A stretch of DNA of 64,000 nucleotides from an uncultured Ignavibacteriaceae bacterium (GCA_964581995.1 CAZOQB010000008.1:9499-73498), one strand, 5' to 3'; counted from the first letter of the stretch, positions 1 through 10,705 are shown. Notes: generated from the letters alone by a model not told the origin. Translations and numbers: made by a program.

Positions 1-1988
1 TAGATGCTCAGGACATCACTCTGACTACCAAGTGCATCAGGAAAAAAGGAAGCCGCAATAGGATACGTCTCGCCTGGGTGGACACTAAAGGAAACGGGAC
101 TGGTAACGGAAAAATGATTGTTGCTGTGAGTGATATTTGTAACGTTTAATCCTAATTGCCCGTTATTGCTGATGTTTAAAATTAAATCTGAAGTTTTTCC
201 GATAGTAGTACTTCCGAAGCTAAGTGAAGTAGGAGTCACTCCGATGACAACAACTGGATTTTTTCCAACTCCACGAAGTGAAACCTTTTCGACTGGATAA
301 CCTGATTGGAAAATATACAGTGTTCCGGTATCGCTTTGTGCAGCGGTTGGAGTATAACGAACCGTAACAATATGACTATCACGAGCAGCGATAATGAAAC
401 TTGTGACATTTAAAATAGAAAATTTAGCGTTTGTAACTGTTATGTTCGTGACCTCAACAGCTTCAGTAGAAAAGTTATTCACTATAAATGAAGCATCGCT
501 TACAAAACCCAAATAGACTGGTTCAAAGATTAAAGAATCAATTGAGCCAGATATCAAGTCTCTGTTTATCAGTGTCGATAATTGTCCAGCACCACCGAAC
601 ACCAAATCCATATCACCGTCTGTATCGATATCACCTGGGGCAGGATATCCAACTGCATCATAAGGTCCTTCTTGTTGAAATACTCCTTCACCATTATTCA
701 TTAAAATAAAAGGAGTAGCCCAAAGATCAATGTCACTATCTCCATCAAAATCACTTTCTACAATCGATCCAGCTACCCATGCGGTTGCATAAGAGTGAAG
801 AAGTTGAAATGTTCCATCACCATTGTTCCTAAATATACGTATGCTGTCAGGATAAACTCCCGGATGAACTCCCACAGCCAAGTCTACTGCACCATCTCCA
901 TCAAAATCTGCCGCAACTAATGATGTACCATAATCACCACCAATCTGCAAAGTTCCTTGTTGCTGGAATGACCCGTCACCGTTGTTTTTTAAAACTGAAA
1001 AATTATCACCTCCCACACTTTCACTGAGAAAACAAACTAAATCGATTGTGCCATCTCGATCTACATCTGCCGCGGTAAGATTATAGGGTTGTCTGTTCAA
1101 TGGTGATCTAACTTCAGATTGGAATGTACCATTGCCGTTGTTTTTCAAAATGGAAACAGCGTTCGCCGATGTGACAGCTATGTCTATATTACCATCCCCA
1201 TCAAAATCTGACGAAGTAATTGAACCAGCACCATACGCAAGCCTATTTCCACCTACCCCTTGAAATGTTCCATCTCCATTGTTTTTCCAAACAGCTACAT
1301 AGAATTCGTTGTAGTTACCATGGGCTATCGCCAAATCTATGTACCCGTCTCCAGTGTAATCTGCGAGTGCTATATTGGTAATATCAACTGACGGTGTAAA
1401 ATCAATTTTTTGAAAAGTACCATCGCCAATATTCAATAGCGATAAAAGTGAAACACATTCGAAACCAGAGTTATATGCGATAAAATCAATATCCCCATCT
1501 TTATCCAAATCTGCTGATGCAAAAAAATTAGTTCCACAATTAAGAGCAGGAAAGGGAATAGTCTCTGAAATGAATTTCCCTGAGGAAGGTGTAACACCGA
1601 TTGTAAAACTCCAGACAAATTGAGCAATCGGTTGCCCGCTAATCGTATGAATATTTTTCGTGAGAACGGTCGTAACCAATTCTCCGGGGAGGAATTTAAC
1701 TGTTGGATTAATCATCATCGATAACGCAGCACTCTGAGAGCTAAAAGTACAAACATGGAACCCACTTTTGTTTCCCCAAACACGGATGTTCATATTAGTG
1801 AATGTGGACGTATCCATCGCCTCATTGAACGTTGCTGAGATTGCAGTCTCTCGGGGAACATTAAGTGCGTTCTGTGCAGGACTGACGCTGATCACCCCTT
1901 GTGCATCTAGGGATTGAGTAAAAAATCCTTGGCATAATACAATTAGGATCAACAAATTTATTATCGTAAACTTGTTTAACCTTTTCAT
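1..1988 (-). CDS. FG-GAP/VCBS-repeat protein with N-terminal signal peptide and C-terminal Ig-like (ASH-like) beta-sandwich domains; 3' end runs off the window
   Basis: Minus-strand frame is open from ATG (rc of 1986-1988) to position 1. N-terminus MKRLNKFTIINLLILIVLCQGFFTQSLDA is signal-like. Repeated D-x-D/N-x-DG-x-x-D loops (DVDRDGTIDLV, DFDGDGNIDIAV, DFDGDGAVDLAV) are typical of FG-GAP/VCBS beta-propeller blades. Distal part has repeated 'vSPxSLSFG..tvG' motifs. Absent from the ORF track only because no stop lies in the window. Confidence 0.55.
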   Translation of the reverse strand, partial: MKRLNKFTIINLLILIVLCQGFFTQSLDAQGVISVSPAQNALNVPRETAISATFNEAMDTSTFTNMNIRVWGNKSGFHVCTFSSQSAALSMMINPTVKFLPGELVTTVLTKNIHTISGQPIAQFVWSFTIGVTPSSGKFISETIPFPALNCGTNFFASADLDKDGDIDFIAYNSGFECVSLLSLLNIGDGTFQKIDFTPSVDITNIALADYTGDGYIDLAIAHGNYNEFYVAVWKNNGDGTFQGVGGNRLAYGAGSITSSDFDGDGNIDIAVTSANAVSILKNNGNGTFQSEVRSPLNRQPYNLTAADVDRDGTIDLVCFLSESVGGDNFSVLKNNGDGSFQQQGTLQIGGDYGTSLVAADFDGDGAVDLAVGVHPGVYPDSIRIFRNNGDGTFQLLHSYATAWVAGSIVESDFDGDSDIDLWATPFILMNNGEGVFQQEGPYDAVGYPAPGDIDTDGDMDLVFGGAGQLSTLINRDLISGSIDSLIFEPVYLGFVSDASFIVNNFSTEAVEVTNITVTNAKFSILNVTSFIIAARDSHIVTVRYTPTAAQSDTGTLYIFQSGYPVEKVSLRGVGKNPVVVIGVTPTSLSFGSTTIGKTSDLILNISNNGQLGLNVTNITHSNNHFSVTSPVSFSVHPGETYPIAASFFPDALGSQSDVLSI

Positions 1989-2093
1989 AAATCCTCCAAT
2001 AAAAACATAAACATCGGTTCTTTACCAAAATGTATCTGCTTTAATATAAATCTAGACTAAATGAAATTCAAGATAATAGGAGATTAATTTTTA

Positions 2094-2855
2094 TCAGGTT
2101 GTTCGACTTCCAAAAATATTTCTTGCTTCTTCTAACTGCTCTAAGTTGTTTATACCCATAATTTCGACCGGGTTATTGGCTTTCAACGCCGAAACCCGCC
2201 AATCCTGTCTCCAAAAATACTCAAACACATCAGTCAGATAGTATTCGCCTTGAGCATTATTCGGTTTTATATGCTGAAGCGCATCGAACAGCTTCACTCT
2301 ATCAAACACATAAATTCCAGAATTAATTTCCCTCACTGTTAATTCTGTTGGTGAAGCGTCTTTTTGTTCTACTATTTTAATAACCCGTCCGTCCTCGCTG
2401 CGAATTATTCGACCATAGCTTGTGGCGTCTTCAAGCTCTGCTGTCAATATCGTTGCCGATGCAGATGTTTTTGCATGATGCATCATGAGCGAATCAAGTG
2501 TTTCATAAGTGAGCAACGGAACGTCACCGGAGAGAACCAACACATCACCATTAAAATTTTTAAGAAGGTCTGTGGTCTGCATAATCGCATGACCCGTTCC
2601 TAATTGCTGAAGCTGGTCGACAAACTCAATTCCGTCTGTAACTTTTGAAAGATAATTTACTACAGAATCCCTCTGCCAACCGACTATTATGAGTATTCTA
2701 TCTGCATCTAATCGCTTACTCAAATTTACCACATGTTCAACCATCGGTTTGCCGGCTACTTCGTACATCACTTTAGCCATATCGGGGTTTTTCATCCGTG
2801 TGCCTTTACCGGCAGCCATTATGACAACTGCGAGAGATGTTCCATTTATTTTCAT
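2094..2855 (-). CDS. Sugar-1-phosphate nucleotidyltransferase, GlmU N-terminal (uridyltransferase) domain only
   Basis: 253 aa. MAAGKGTRMK..GKPMVEHV...QLGTGHA...LSGDVPL...YGRI...NAQGEYYLTDV closely tracks the GlmU pyrophosphorylase domain motifs. No left-handed beta-helix acetyltransferase domain follows. Confidence 0.7.
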   Translation of the reverse strand: MKINGTSLAVVIMAAGKGTRMKNPDMAKVMYEVAGKPMVEHVVNLSKRLDADRILIIVGWQRDSVVNYLSKVTDGIEFVDQLQQLGTGHAIMQTTDLLKNFNGDVLVLSGDVPLLTYETLDSLMMHHAKTSASATILTAELEDATSYGRIIRSEDGRVIKIVEQKDASPTELTVREINSGIYVFDRVKLFDALQHIKPNNAQGEYYLTDVFEYFWRQDWRVSALKANNPVEIMGINNLEQLEEARNIFGSRTT

Positions 2856-2912
2856 TCGATATTCATTATTCGTTATTGGATATTCGTTGAGCTATGAGCA
2901 GAGAGCATACAG

Positions 2913-3773
2913 TTACTTAATCGGAGCTGTTTTAACTAAGATGTTATCGATTAAACGGACGTTACCGAAATGTGCCGCGAGCGAAACAAGAACCGGTTTA
3001 TCGGATATCGTTTCAACATCAGCAAGAGTTGTTTCGTCGGAGAATGCTATGTAATCCAATGTAAATTTTGGATTCGATAGAATCAAATCGGACATCTTCG
3101 ATTTGATTATTAATACAGAGCGCTCACCTTCCAGAATCATTTTGTCCGCAAGTTTAAGAGATTTATACAAAACAGCGGCTTCATCCTTCTCCCCGTTATT
3201 GATATAAACGTTCCGCGAACTCATTGCAAGCCCGTTGGCTTCGCGGACAATCGGCGCAACTATAATCTCAATATCGAAGTTTAAATCCTTAACCATTTTT
3301 TTAATTACGATTGCTTGTTGCGCATCCTTCTGTCCGAATACGGCAACATGAGGTTTAGTAATGTTAAAAAGCTTTGCAACAACTGTTGTTACGCCGCGGA
3401 AATGTGTGGGCCTAATTTGACCCTCCAGCGCCGAGGAAAAATTCTCTACATTTATGTAAGTAAGATAATTATGATTATACATCTCATTAACGCTCGGCGT
3501 GAAAACAACATCACTGCCTGCCGATTCACTCATAGCAACATCTCGATTGACATCGCGAGGATATTTTTCAAAATCTTCTTCCGGCGCAAATTGAGCCGGA
3601 TTGACAAAAACAGTGGTAATTACTATATCGGCGTGTTGCTTTACAAGGCGGATTAAACTCAAATGACCCTCGTGTAAATATCCCATCGTTGGCACGACAC
3701 CGATACGGTTACCGCTTAAGCGCATCTTCTCTGAATATTGCTGCATTTCTGTAATAGAACTTATAACCTGCAT
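2913..3773 (-). CDS. panC: Pantoate--beta-alanine ligase (pantothenate synthetase)
   Basis: 286 aa. GVVPTMGYLHEGHLSLI (HIGH-like motif) and overall PanC pattern. Confidence 0.9.
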   Translation of the reverse strand: MQVISSITEMQQYSEKMRLSGNRIGVVPTMGYLHEGHLSLIRLVKQHADIVITTVFVNPAQFAPEEDFEKYPRDVNRDVAMSESAGSDVVFTPSVNEMYNHNYLTYINVENFSSALEGQIRPTHFRGVTTVVAKLFNITKPHVAVFGQKDAQQAIVIKKMVKDLNFDIEIIVAPIVREANGLAMSSRNVYINNGEKDEAAVLYKSLKLADKMILEGERSVLIIKSKMSDLILSNPKFTLDYIAFSDETTLADVETISDKPVLVSLAAHFGNVRLIDNILVKTAPIK

Positions 3774-3850
3774 ATTTTTCTTTTCACTACATATTGATAA
3801 TTGATTACTGTTAATTTTTTGGATGGATAATCGATGTTTGAAGTTACTAT

Positions 3851-4696
3851 CTACTGCCCATACATCATCTTTAAAAGTTTTGTGACTGTCTCTTTCATCT
3901 CTTTTCTATGGACGACGATATCGACAAATCCTTTTTCGAGTTGAAACTCAGATCGTTGGAAGCCTGGCGGTAGATCTTTACCGATTGTCTGTCGAATTAC
4001 CCTTGGTCCTGCAAAACCTATTAAAGCACCGGGTTCTGCTATGTTGATATCTCCGAGCATAGCATAACTTGCAGTAACACCTCCGGTTGTCGGGTCAGTT
4101 AAGATGGAGATATACGGAATGCCCGCATCGGAAAGCTGCGCAAGCTTAGCGCTTGTTTTCGCAAGCTGCATGAGCGAAAGAGCGCCTTCCATCATACGCG
4201 CACCTCCGCTCGATGAAATTATTATCGCTGGAATTTTTTCTTTTCTTGCTTTATCAATGAGTCGGGCTATTTTTTCACCGACTACCGAACCCATACTGCC
4301 GCCGATAAAACTGAAATCCATACATGCTATTGCTGCATTAGTTCCGTTTATTTTGCCGACGCCTGTTCTAACCGCATCATTCAATCCTGATTTTGCAATC
4401 ATATCTTTGACCCTGGTTTTGTACGGCTTGGTGTCAACAAACTTGAGCGGGTCGGTTGAACGCATATTTTTATCCATTTCCTTAAAACTGCCGTCATCAA
4501 AAAGGATATTTAGATATTCTCTACTACCGATACGAAAATGAAAATTGCATTTCTGACATGTGAACAGCTGCTGCTCTAACATTGTGCGGTGAATAATTTC
4601 GCCGCAGCTTTCACATTTGGTCCATAAGCCATCCGGCACTTCTTTCTTCTTCGTTTCGGTAGCAATACTACCTTTCGACCTTTTAAACCATGCCAT
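3851..4696 (-). CDS. accD: Acetyl-CoA carboxylase carboxyltransferase subunit beta
   Basis: 281 aa. N-terminal Zn-ribbon CESCGEI..CQKCNFH followed by a carboxyltransferase domain ([14 protein letters not shown]). Confidence 0.9.
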   Translation of the reverse strand: MAWFKRSKGSIATETKKKEVPDGLWTKCESCGEIIHRTMLEQQLFTCQKCNFHFRIGSREYLNILFDDGSFKEMDKNMRSTDPLKFVDTKPYKTRVKDMIAKSGLNDAVRTGVGKINGTNAAIACMDFSFIGGSMGSVVGEKIARLIDKARKEKIPAIIISSSGGARMMEGALSLMQLAKTSAKLAQLSDAGIPYISILTDPTTGGVTASYAMLGDINIAEPGALIGFAGPRVIRQTIGKDLPPGFQRSEFQLEKGFVDIVVHRKEMKETVTKLLKMMYGQ

Positions 4697-4737
4697 ATGC
4701 TTGCTCCTGTTTATAGTTCTTCATACGTAATTTTTCT

Positions 4738-5436
4738 TTAGCCGTGCTGTGTCTTCACTACTGTTTGAAAGTCCTTTATATAGACCGGTTCGAGTTCTGA
4801 TAAATTTTCTGTTTCGTTCCTTACAAGCTTCTTTTCACCTAACAAAGCGACCGAAGCAGCACTGCATAAGTTAATTAATCCATCGTAAAAAATCCAGAAA
4901 TTTTTATTTAGTTCATTTTCTTGAGTCAGGATTTTGAATTTTGAGGCGCCATCGCCAATAAAGACTACTTCTGCGTCTGGAAGAATTTTCAGCAAATCAT
5001 TGAATTTTTTCGCTTGTGGCTCTACGACTGTCGCCAATTCCTTATAATTGACACGATAAAGGGCAGTATAAAATTCGTCACGGCGTGCATCTATCAACGG
5101 GCAGATAAGTGCACCATCTTTTATTTTTTCATGTATTATTAAATTATAAGCTAATGCTTCAAGTGTCGAGACAGCAACAATCGGTCGATCCGATGCGTAT
5201 GCTAATCCCTTTGCCACGCTTAAACCTATGCGCAGGCCGGTAAACGAGCCTGGACCGATTGAGATTGCGACGGCATCAAATGCCTCGATTGAATTTAGGA
5301 CCTGATCAATAATAGTTAATAACTTTTCCGAGTGTGTATGTGGTTCAGCCAGATATTTCTCTGAAATTAGTCTTCCATTTTCAACGACTGCAGCCGCGCA
5401 CACAGATGTTGCTGTTTCTATTCCTAAAATTTTCAT
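4738..5436 (-). CDS. tsaB: tRNA threonylcarbamoyladenosine biosynthesis protein TsaB (YeaZ)
   Basis: 232 aa. MKILGIETATSVCAAAV..., Kae1/YeaZ fold. 4-nt overlap with tsaE. Confidence 0.85.
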   Translation of the reverse strand: MKILGIETATSVCAAAVVENGRLISEKYLAEPHTHSEKLLTIIDQVLNSIEAFDAVAISIGPGSFTGLRIGLSVAKGLAYASDRPIVAVSTLEALAYNLIIHEKIKDGALICPLIDARRDEFYTALYRVNYKELATVVEPQAKKFNDLLKILPDAEVVFIGDGASKFKILTQENELNKNFWIFYDGLINLCSAASVALLGEKKLVRNETENLSELEPVYIKDFQTVVKTQHG

Positions 5437-5873
5437 TTTATATGTGCATCAACTTTATTTATTACAATTTCTCGAACTGTTTCTGATTCGCCAAGAGTGA
5501 ATAACACTTCGTATCTATTCGGTGGAAGTAAATCCATTATACGGTCTGCCCATTCAATTACACAGATACCTTCGTTATAAATGTAATCGTCAAACCCAAT
5601 TTCCTTAAGCTCGGAGGTTGATGCGATACGATAAAAGTCAAAATGAAATATTTTACAAACATTGGAAGCGTATTCATTCACAATAGTAAATGATGGACTT
5701 GAAACATGCTCGGTAACTCCAAGGCCGGAACATATCCCTTTTATAAAGCGAGTTTTACCTGAGCCTAATTCACCTATTAAAGCCACAACATCTCCAGCTT
5801 TGAGTTTAGTGCTTGCGAACTCTTTACCCAAAGCCACAGTTTCTTTTTCGCTATTCGATATGAACTTCGTCAT
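5433..5873 (-). CDS. tsaE: tRNA threonylcarbamoyladenosine biosynthesis ATPase TsaE (YjeE)
   Basis: 146 aa. P-loop GELGSGKT. Size and context with tsaB. Confidence 0.85.
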   Translation of the reverse strand: MTKFISNSEKETVALGKEFASTKLKAGDVVALIGELGSGKTRFIKGICSGLGVTEHVSSPSFTIVNEYASNVCKIFHFDFYRIASTSELKEIGFDDYIYNEGICVIEWADRIMDLLPPNRYEVLFTLGESETVREIVINKVDAHIK

Positions 5874-5882
5874 TTCTAAAAA

Positions 5883-7448
5883 TTAGACTTTTGGTTCTAA
5901 CACACTGAGGGGGAGAATAACTTCTTCCATCGAGATACCGCCGTGCTGAAAGCTGTCTCGATATTGAGCAAGATATTTATGATAGTCGGTGGGATACACA
6001 AAATAGTAATCTTCTTTTGCAATGATATAGTTTATCGTAACACCTCGATTTGGCAATCTATAGTCGGCGGGATTTTTTATGAAGATAGCATGTTTATCTT
6101 CCACTTTCAGATTTCTACCGAATTTATAACGGAGGTTAGTAGCAGCTTCACGGTCGCCAATAACTTTCGCGCCTCGCATACAGCGGATACTGCCGTGGTC
6201 GGTAGTTATCACGACTTTAACATTCTTCTGAGTTGAGAGAGTCTTTAACATATTGAAAAATGAAGAATGATTAAACCAGGACTGTGTTAGTGAGCGGTAG
6301 GCTGATTCCTCTGGGGCTATTTCCTTCAATAATTGTGAATCCGACCTGCCGTGAGCAAGCATATCCACAAAATTTACAACGATTGATGTCAATTTATTGT
6401 GAGTGTAGGATAAAATATTTTGTTCAATCCCCTTACCGAATTCAGGGTCGATAATTTTTATATATTTTGGTTCAGGTTTTAAGTTTATTTTCCGCCGTTC
6501 AAGCAGATTGATTAAAAACTCTGCTTCGTTTTTATTTCGACTATTGTCGTCGTCTTCCCATTTTTCCCAAATCTCAGGGAAACGCTTTTCGATATCATTG
6601 GGCCATGAGCCGCTAAAGATCGCATTTCGTGAATAGGGCGTTGCCGTTGGAAGAATTGAATAATAAAAATTCCTTTTTATGTCGTAGAAATCTCTCAGGG
6701 CATTTTCCATCCCTAACCATTGGTCAAGCCGCATACAATCCACCACAAAAAAGAAAACTGATTTACCATTTTGCAGTTCAGGAATTAAATACTTATCAAC
6801 AACATCGACAGAGAGCACGGGGCGTTTGGATGATTCGAGCCAGTGTTTGTAATTCTTCTCGATATAATTTGAAAACTCCTGGTTCGCAGTTCGGTACTGA
6901 TCTATAAGAGTGTCTTTTAAGCCAAGTTCAGGATGAGCATCAAAATCCATTGACCAACCGACAAGCTTATTGTATATTTGAACCCAATCGTCATGGTCGG
7001 GAGCGGAGAATAATGATGAAGAAATTTCATTAAACTCTTTTAGATAATCGCGAGAGACGTATTCGCTTTCGATCTTCTTGCCCTCTAAAAATTTTTTGCA
7101 AGCAAGCAGTATTTGACTTGGGTTAACAGGTTTGGTAAGATAATCGCTGATTTTCCCTCCGATTGCATTTTCCATTAAACCTTCGTCTTCACTTTTTGTA
7201 ACCATAACCACAGGCAGTTCAGGGCGAGTGTCCTTTATTTCGGAGAGAGTTCGCAGTCCGCCCATACCAGCCATCATCTCATCTAAAAAAACGAGGTCAA
7301 ATCTTTTTTTGGTTACCAACTCTACTGCATCTTCACCGTTGGTAGCAGTTTCAACGTCGTAACCTTTTTCTTTTAAAAAGAGGATATGTGGACGAAGAAG
7401 CTCGATTTCATCGTCAACCCAGAGGATTTTGCCTTTTGTACTTGTCAT
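5883..7448 (-). CDS. porX: PorX-like response regulator: CheY-type receiver fused to a PglZ (alkaline-phosphatase superfamily) domain; T9SS regulator
   Basis: 521 aa. N-terminal receiver (ILWVDDE...DLVFLDEMMAGMGG...VTK). The C-terminal ~380 aa has PglZ-like metal-binding motifs (VVDCMRLD, TDHG). The length matches PorX. Confidence 0.75.
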   Translation of the reverse strand: MTSTKGKILWVDDEIELLRPHILFLKEKGYDVETATNGEDAVELVTKKRFDLVFLDEMMAGMGGLRTLSEIKDTRPELPVVMVTKSEDEGLMENAIGGKISDYLTKPVNPSQILLACKKFLEGKKIESEYVSRDYLKEFNEISSSLFSAPDHDDWVQIYNKLVGWSMDFDAHPELGLKDTLIDQYRTANQEFSNYIEKNYKHWLESSKRPVLSVDVVDKYLIPELQNGKSVFFFVVDCMRLDQWLGMENALRDFYDIKRNFYYSILPTATPYSRNAIFSGSWPNDIEKRFPEIWEKWEDDDNSRNKNEAEFLINLLERRKINLKPEPKYIKIIDPEFGKGIEQNILSYTHNKLTSIVVNFVDMLAHGRSDSQLLKEIAPEESAYRSLTQSWFNHSSFFNMLKTLSTQKNVKVVITTDHGSIRCMRGAKVIGDREAATNLRYKFGRNLKVEDKHAIFIKNPADYRLPNRGVTINYIIAKEDYYFVYPTDYHKYLAQYRDSFQHGGISMEEVILPLSVLEPKV

Positions 7449-7641
7449 ACTTTTTATAAAAATTATTATTGATACATTATTAAATTAAGCAATTTTTATA
7501 GGATATACAACGTGAAAACCTACCAAAGGTTCACGATGTCCAATCTCGGTAAGACTTTGGGAGATTAAGGTTATAGAAATACTGACGCCCCATCGGAGTG
7601 ATGAGGCGAGTATAAAAAATTTTGTGGTTTGTTTTTTAATC

Positions 7642-8541
7642 TCAACCTGTTTTCTTCAAAGCCTCTGCCCCGCTAACAATCTCGAGCAACTCTTTAGTAA
7701 TAGAAGCTTGACGCGCCTTATTGTAACTTAACTGCAAGCTCCTGATTAAGTCGCGTGCGTTGGTTGTTGCATTATCCATTGCCGTCATACGCGCACCTTG
7801 TTCCGCAGCATTCGACTCTAACAATATTCTCCAAATTTGAAAATTCAAATGTTTGGGAACGAGAGAATCGATTATTTGTTTGCTCGATGGTTCGTAGATA
7901 TAATCAGTAGATAATCTTAGATTTTTAATATCTGATTTCTGATCTGTTACAGCAGAAGGTATTGGAAACAATTGTTCGATTACAATTTTTTGCTGCATTA
8001 CTGATTTAAACTCATTGTATATAACTTCAACCTTGTCGTATTTTCCAGTTAAAAATCCTTCGCTAAGCTCCGCCATGATTTGCTTCGCATATTGAAAGTT
8101 TAAATTGCTAAAAATACCAATATGCTTGCTGTCCATTTTGTAGTTACGTTTAACAAAGAAATCGTATCCTTTTTTACCAATAGTAATAAGATGAACGTTC
8201 CCCATCTTGTTGGCTTCAGCATAATTTTGATCAACATAGCCGACAGCAGTTTTGATGATATTAGAGTTGAAGGCACCGCAAAGTCCACGGTCGGAAGTAA
8301 CAATAACAAGCGCATTTTTTTTAGCATCCCTCTGAATCATGAAAGGATTGGATTTAACTTCCGCTGCAGTTGAAAGATGCTGAAAAAGTTCCTTCATTTT
8401 TTTTGCATACGGACGCGCAGCAATGATTGCATCCTGCGCCCGGCGAAGTTTCGCGGCGGCAACCATTTTCATCGCCTTAGTAATCTTCTGAGTACTCTTA
8501 ACTCCAGAGATTCTTCTTCTTATTTCTCTGAGTGTAGCCAT
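7642..8541 (-). CDS. atpG: F0F1 ATP synthase subunit gamma
   Basis: 299 aa. [29 protein letters not shown] signature. Confidence 0.95.
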   Translation of the reverse strand: MATLREIRRRISGVKSTQKITKAMKMVAAAKLRRAQDAIIAARPYAKKMKELFQHLSTAAEVKSNPFMIQRDAKKNALVIVTSDRGLCGAFNSNIIKTAVGYVDQNYAEANKMGNVHLITIGKKGYDFFVKRNYKMDSKHIGIFSNLNFQYAKQIMAELSEGFLTGKYDKVEVIYNEFKSVMQQKIVIEQLFPIPSAVTDQKSDIKNLRLSTDYIYEPSSKQIIDSLVPKHLNFQIWRILLESNAAEQGARMTAMDNATTNARDLIRSLQLSYNKARQASITKELLEIVSGAEALKKTG

Positions 8542-10088
8542 TAGGAAACTTTAAAAGCTTCTACAAATTCTCTTACTACTGAGTGTAATTTATTGGAGAT
8601 TTGATCTGTGAGGTCTTTTTTCTCAGATATCTCGTTGAGCAAACTTTGATGCTTAATGTGCATCATTTCCAAAAATTCTGACTCAAACCTCTGAATATGC
8701 GACAATGGAATTTCATCCAGATAGCCATTTGTGCCCGCAAAAATAACCGCAACCTGATCCTCAACAGGTTGTGGTACGTACTGTCCCTGTTTGAGTAATT
8801 CCACTAACCGTGAACCACGGCGAAGCTGTGCCTGTGTTGCCTTGTCTAAATCTGAGCCGAACTTTGCAAAAGCTTCCAGTTCGCGGTATTGTGCCAAATC
8901 GAGACGAAGCCGGCCTGCGATTTTTTTCATCGCTTTAATTTGAGCATTTCCACCGACGCGCGAAACCGATATACCTACGTTAATTGCCGGACGTACACCT
9001 GAGTTGAACAAGCCGGGCTCGAGGTAGATTTGTCCATCTGTAATTGAAATAACGTTAGTCGGGATATAAGCTGAAACGTCGCCAGCTTGAGTTTCGATTA
9101 TTGGGAGCGCAGTCAAGCTTCCGCCGCCAAGGTCCTCACTCAGTTTAGATGCACGCTCCAACAAACGTGAGTGGAGATAGAAAACATCGCCGGGATATGC
9201 TTCGCGACCGGGAGGTCTGCGCAACAGCAATGATACTTGGCGATATGACTGGGCATGTTTTGAAAGGTCGTCATAAATTACTAACGCGTGTCTGCTACTG
9301 TCTCGGAAAAATTCTCCAAGCGTAGCTCCTGAGTAGGGCGCTATGAATTGCAATGGAGCCGGGTCGCTCGCGGTTGCTGAAATTACTGTAGTATATTCCA
9401 TAGCTCCGGTCTCTTCGAGTTTTGCTACAACCTGTGCTACCGTTGACCCTTTTTGTCCGATAGCAACATAAATACAGAAAACTGGTTTCACACCCAACTC
9501 GCGCGCGCGTTCAGTATGAGTAAATTTTTGATTGATGATAGCATCGAGAGCGATAGCAGTTTTTCCTGTTTGCCGGTCTCCGATTATAAGTTCACGCTGA
9601 CCTCGACCGATCGGTATCATAGCATCGACAGCTTTAATACCGGTTTGAACTGGTTCTTTTACAGGTTGTCGCTGAATTACGCCTAAAGCTTTGCGCTCGA
9701 TAGGAAGATATTTTTCAGCCTTGATTGGACCGTGTCCATCAATGGGTTGTCCTAACGGATTAATAACTCGGCCGAGCAATGATTCACCAACAGGCATAGA
9801 CGCGACTTTGCCCGTTCGTTTAACGATGTCGCCTTCTTTAATAAATTGGCTCTCTCCAAAAAGAATACAACCGACATTATCTTCTTCCAAATTTAACACC
9901 ATTCCAAATACGTTGTTTGGAAACTCTACAAGCTCGCTCATCATAACTTTTTGTAATCCGTAAACGCGGGCAATTCCGTCGCCGACTTGCAGTACTGTTC
10001 CAACTTCATATGTATCGACTTCTTTTTCAAATGAAGAAAGTTGTTTACGTAATATTGCCGAGACTTCTTCTGGTTTTATTTCTACCAT
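8541..10088 (-). CDS. atpA: F0F1 ATP synthase subunit alpha
   Basis: 515 aa. Walker A GDRQTGKT and alpha-subunit signature regions. Confidence 0.97.
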   Translation of the reverse strand: MVEIKPEEVSAILRKQLSSFEKEVDTYEVGTVLQVGDGIARVYGLQKVMMSELVEFPNNVFGMVLNLEEDNVGCILFGESQFIKEGDIVKRTGKVASMPVGESLLGRVINPLGQPIDGHGPIKAEKYLPIERKALGVIQRQPVKEPVQTGIKAVDAMIPIGRGQRELIIGDRQTGKTAIALDAIINQKFTHTERARELGVKPVFCIYVAIGQKGSTVAQVVAKLEETGAMEYTTVISATASDPAPLQFIAPYSGATLGEFFRDSSRHALVIYDDLSKHAQSYRQVSLLLRRPPGREAYPGDVFYLHSRLLERASKLSEDLGGGSLTALPIIETQAGDVSAYIPTNVISITDGQIYLEPGLFNSGVRPAINVGISVSRVGGNAQIKAMKKIAGRLRLDLAQYRELEAFAKFGSDLDKATQAQLRRGSRLVELLKQGQYVPQPVEDQVAVIFAGTNGYLDEIPLSHIQRFESEFLEMMHIKHQSLLNEISEKKDLTDQISNKLHSVVREFVEAFKVS

Positions 10089-10150
10089 CGTATACCTTTA
10101 AAAATGTTTTGCATAATTAATATTAAATTGTTTATAGGCGTTGCGGATAA

Positions 10151-10702
10151 TCATCCAAGTACTCCTGCCGCCGTAAACCGTTCCTTGATTAGCTTGAACT
10201 GCTGCAATATCGAGCCATCAAAAATAGTGTCTTCAATCCTAACCTTAAAACCACCCATCAGTTTCTGGTCGATTTTAAAAGACAATCTAACAGTTTTCTT
10301 CGTAATTCTTTCTAACTTCTTCTTTATTTCCTGGGATTGTGAATCTGTAAAAGGTACTACGGTTATTACCACAGCATCAACAACATTATTCTTCGCGTCT
10401 AACAACCGCTTATACTGAGATATTATCGAGGGCAACAACGCCTCACGATTCTTGTCGGTAAGAAGCAGTAAAAATTTCAGAGTAAGGATATCAACTTTTT
10501 TTTCGAATATCGCACTTAACGCTTTTTTCTTTTTCTGACGGTTAATGATCGGACTATCGAGCAGAAGCCTAAGGTCTCGTGATTTTTTTATCAAACTATC
10601 TATTAAATTAAAATCAGAAGTTAGTTGATCGGTTTTCTTTTCTTCCTCAGCGAGCTGTAGAATTGCCTTAGCATATCTATTTCCGGTTCGAGTCTCTCTC
10701 AT
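10151..10702 (-). CDS. atpH: F0F1 ATP synthase subunit delta
   Basis: 183 aa. OSCP-like fold, position between atpF and atpA, RYAKAL motif. Confidence 0.85.
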   Translation of the reverse strand: MRETRTGNRYAKAILQLAEEEKKTDQLTSDFNLIDSLIKKSRDLRLLLDSPIINRQKKKKALSAIFEKKVDILTLKFLLLLTDKNREALLPSIISQYKRLLDAKNNVVDAVVITVVPFTDSQSQEIKKKLERITKKTVRLSFKIDQKLMGGFKVRIEDTIFDGSILQQFKLIKERFTAAGVLG

Positions 10703-10705
10703 ACC

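Noticed and set aside
4104-4541. 145-aa + strand ORF inside accD (and similar antisense ORFs at 2364-2603, 2689-3054, 3315-3656, 5943-6236, 6629-6907, 8122-8373, 9453-9963, 16331-16645, 17138-17925, 23943-24638, 27021-27687, 40618-41127, 52688-53116, 57415-57858, 63351-63842)
   Set aside because: All lie entirely within strongly supported genes on the opposite strand. They have low-complexity or compositionally biased translations and no recognisable motifs. They are typical antisense or shadow ORFs.
7449-7641. 193-bp gap between porX and atpG, inspected for a tRNA or sRNA
   Set aside because: No cloverleaf-compatible stems and no conserved T-loop (GTTCRANYC) motif are visible. Only a weak imperfect palindrome (gacgcccca...tgaggcg). 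Most likely a promoter and terminator spacer.
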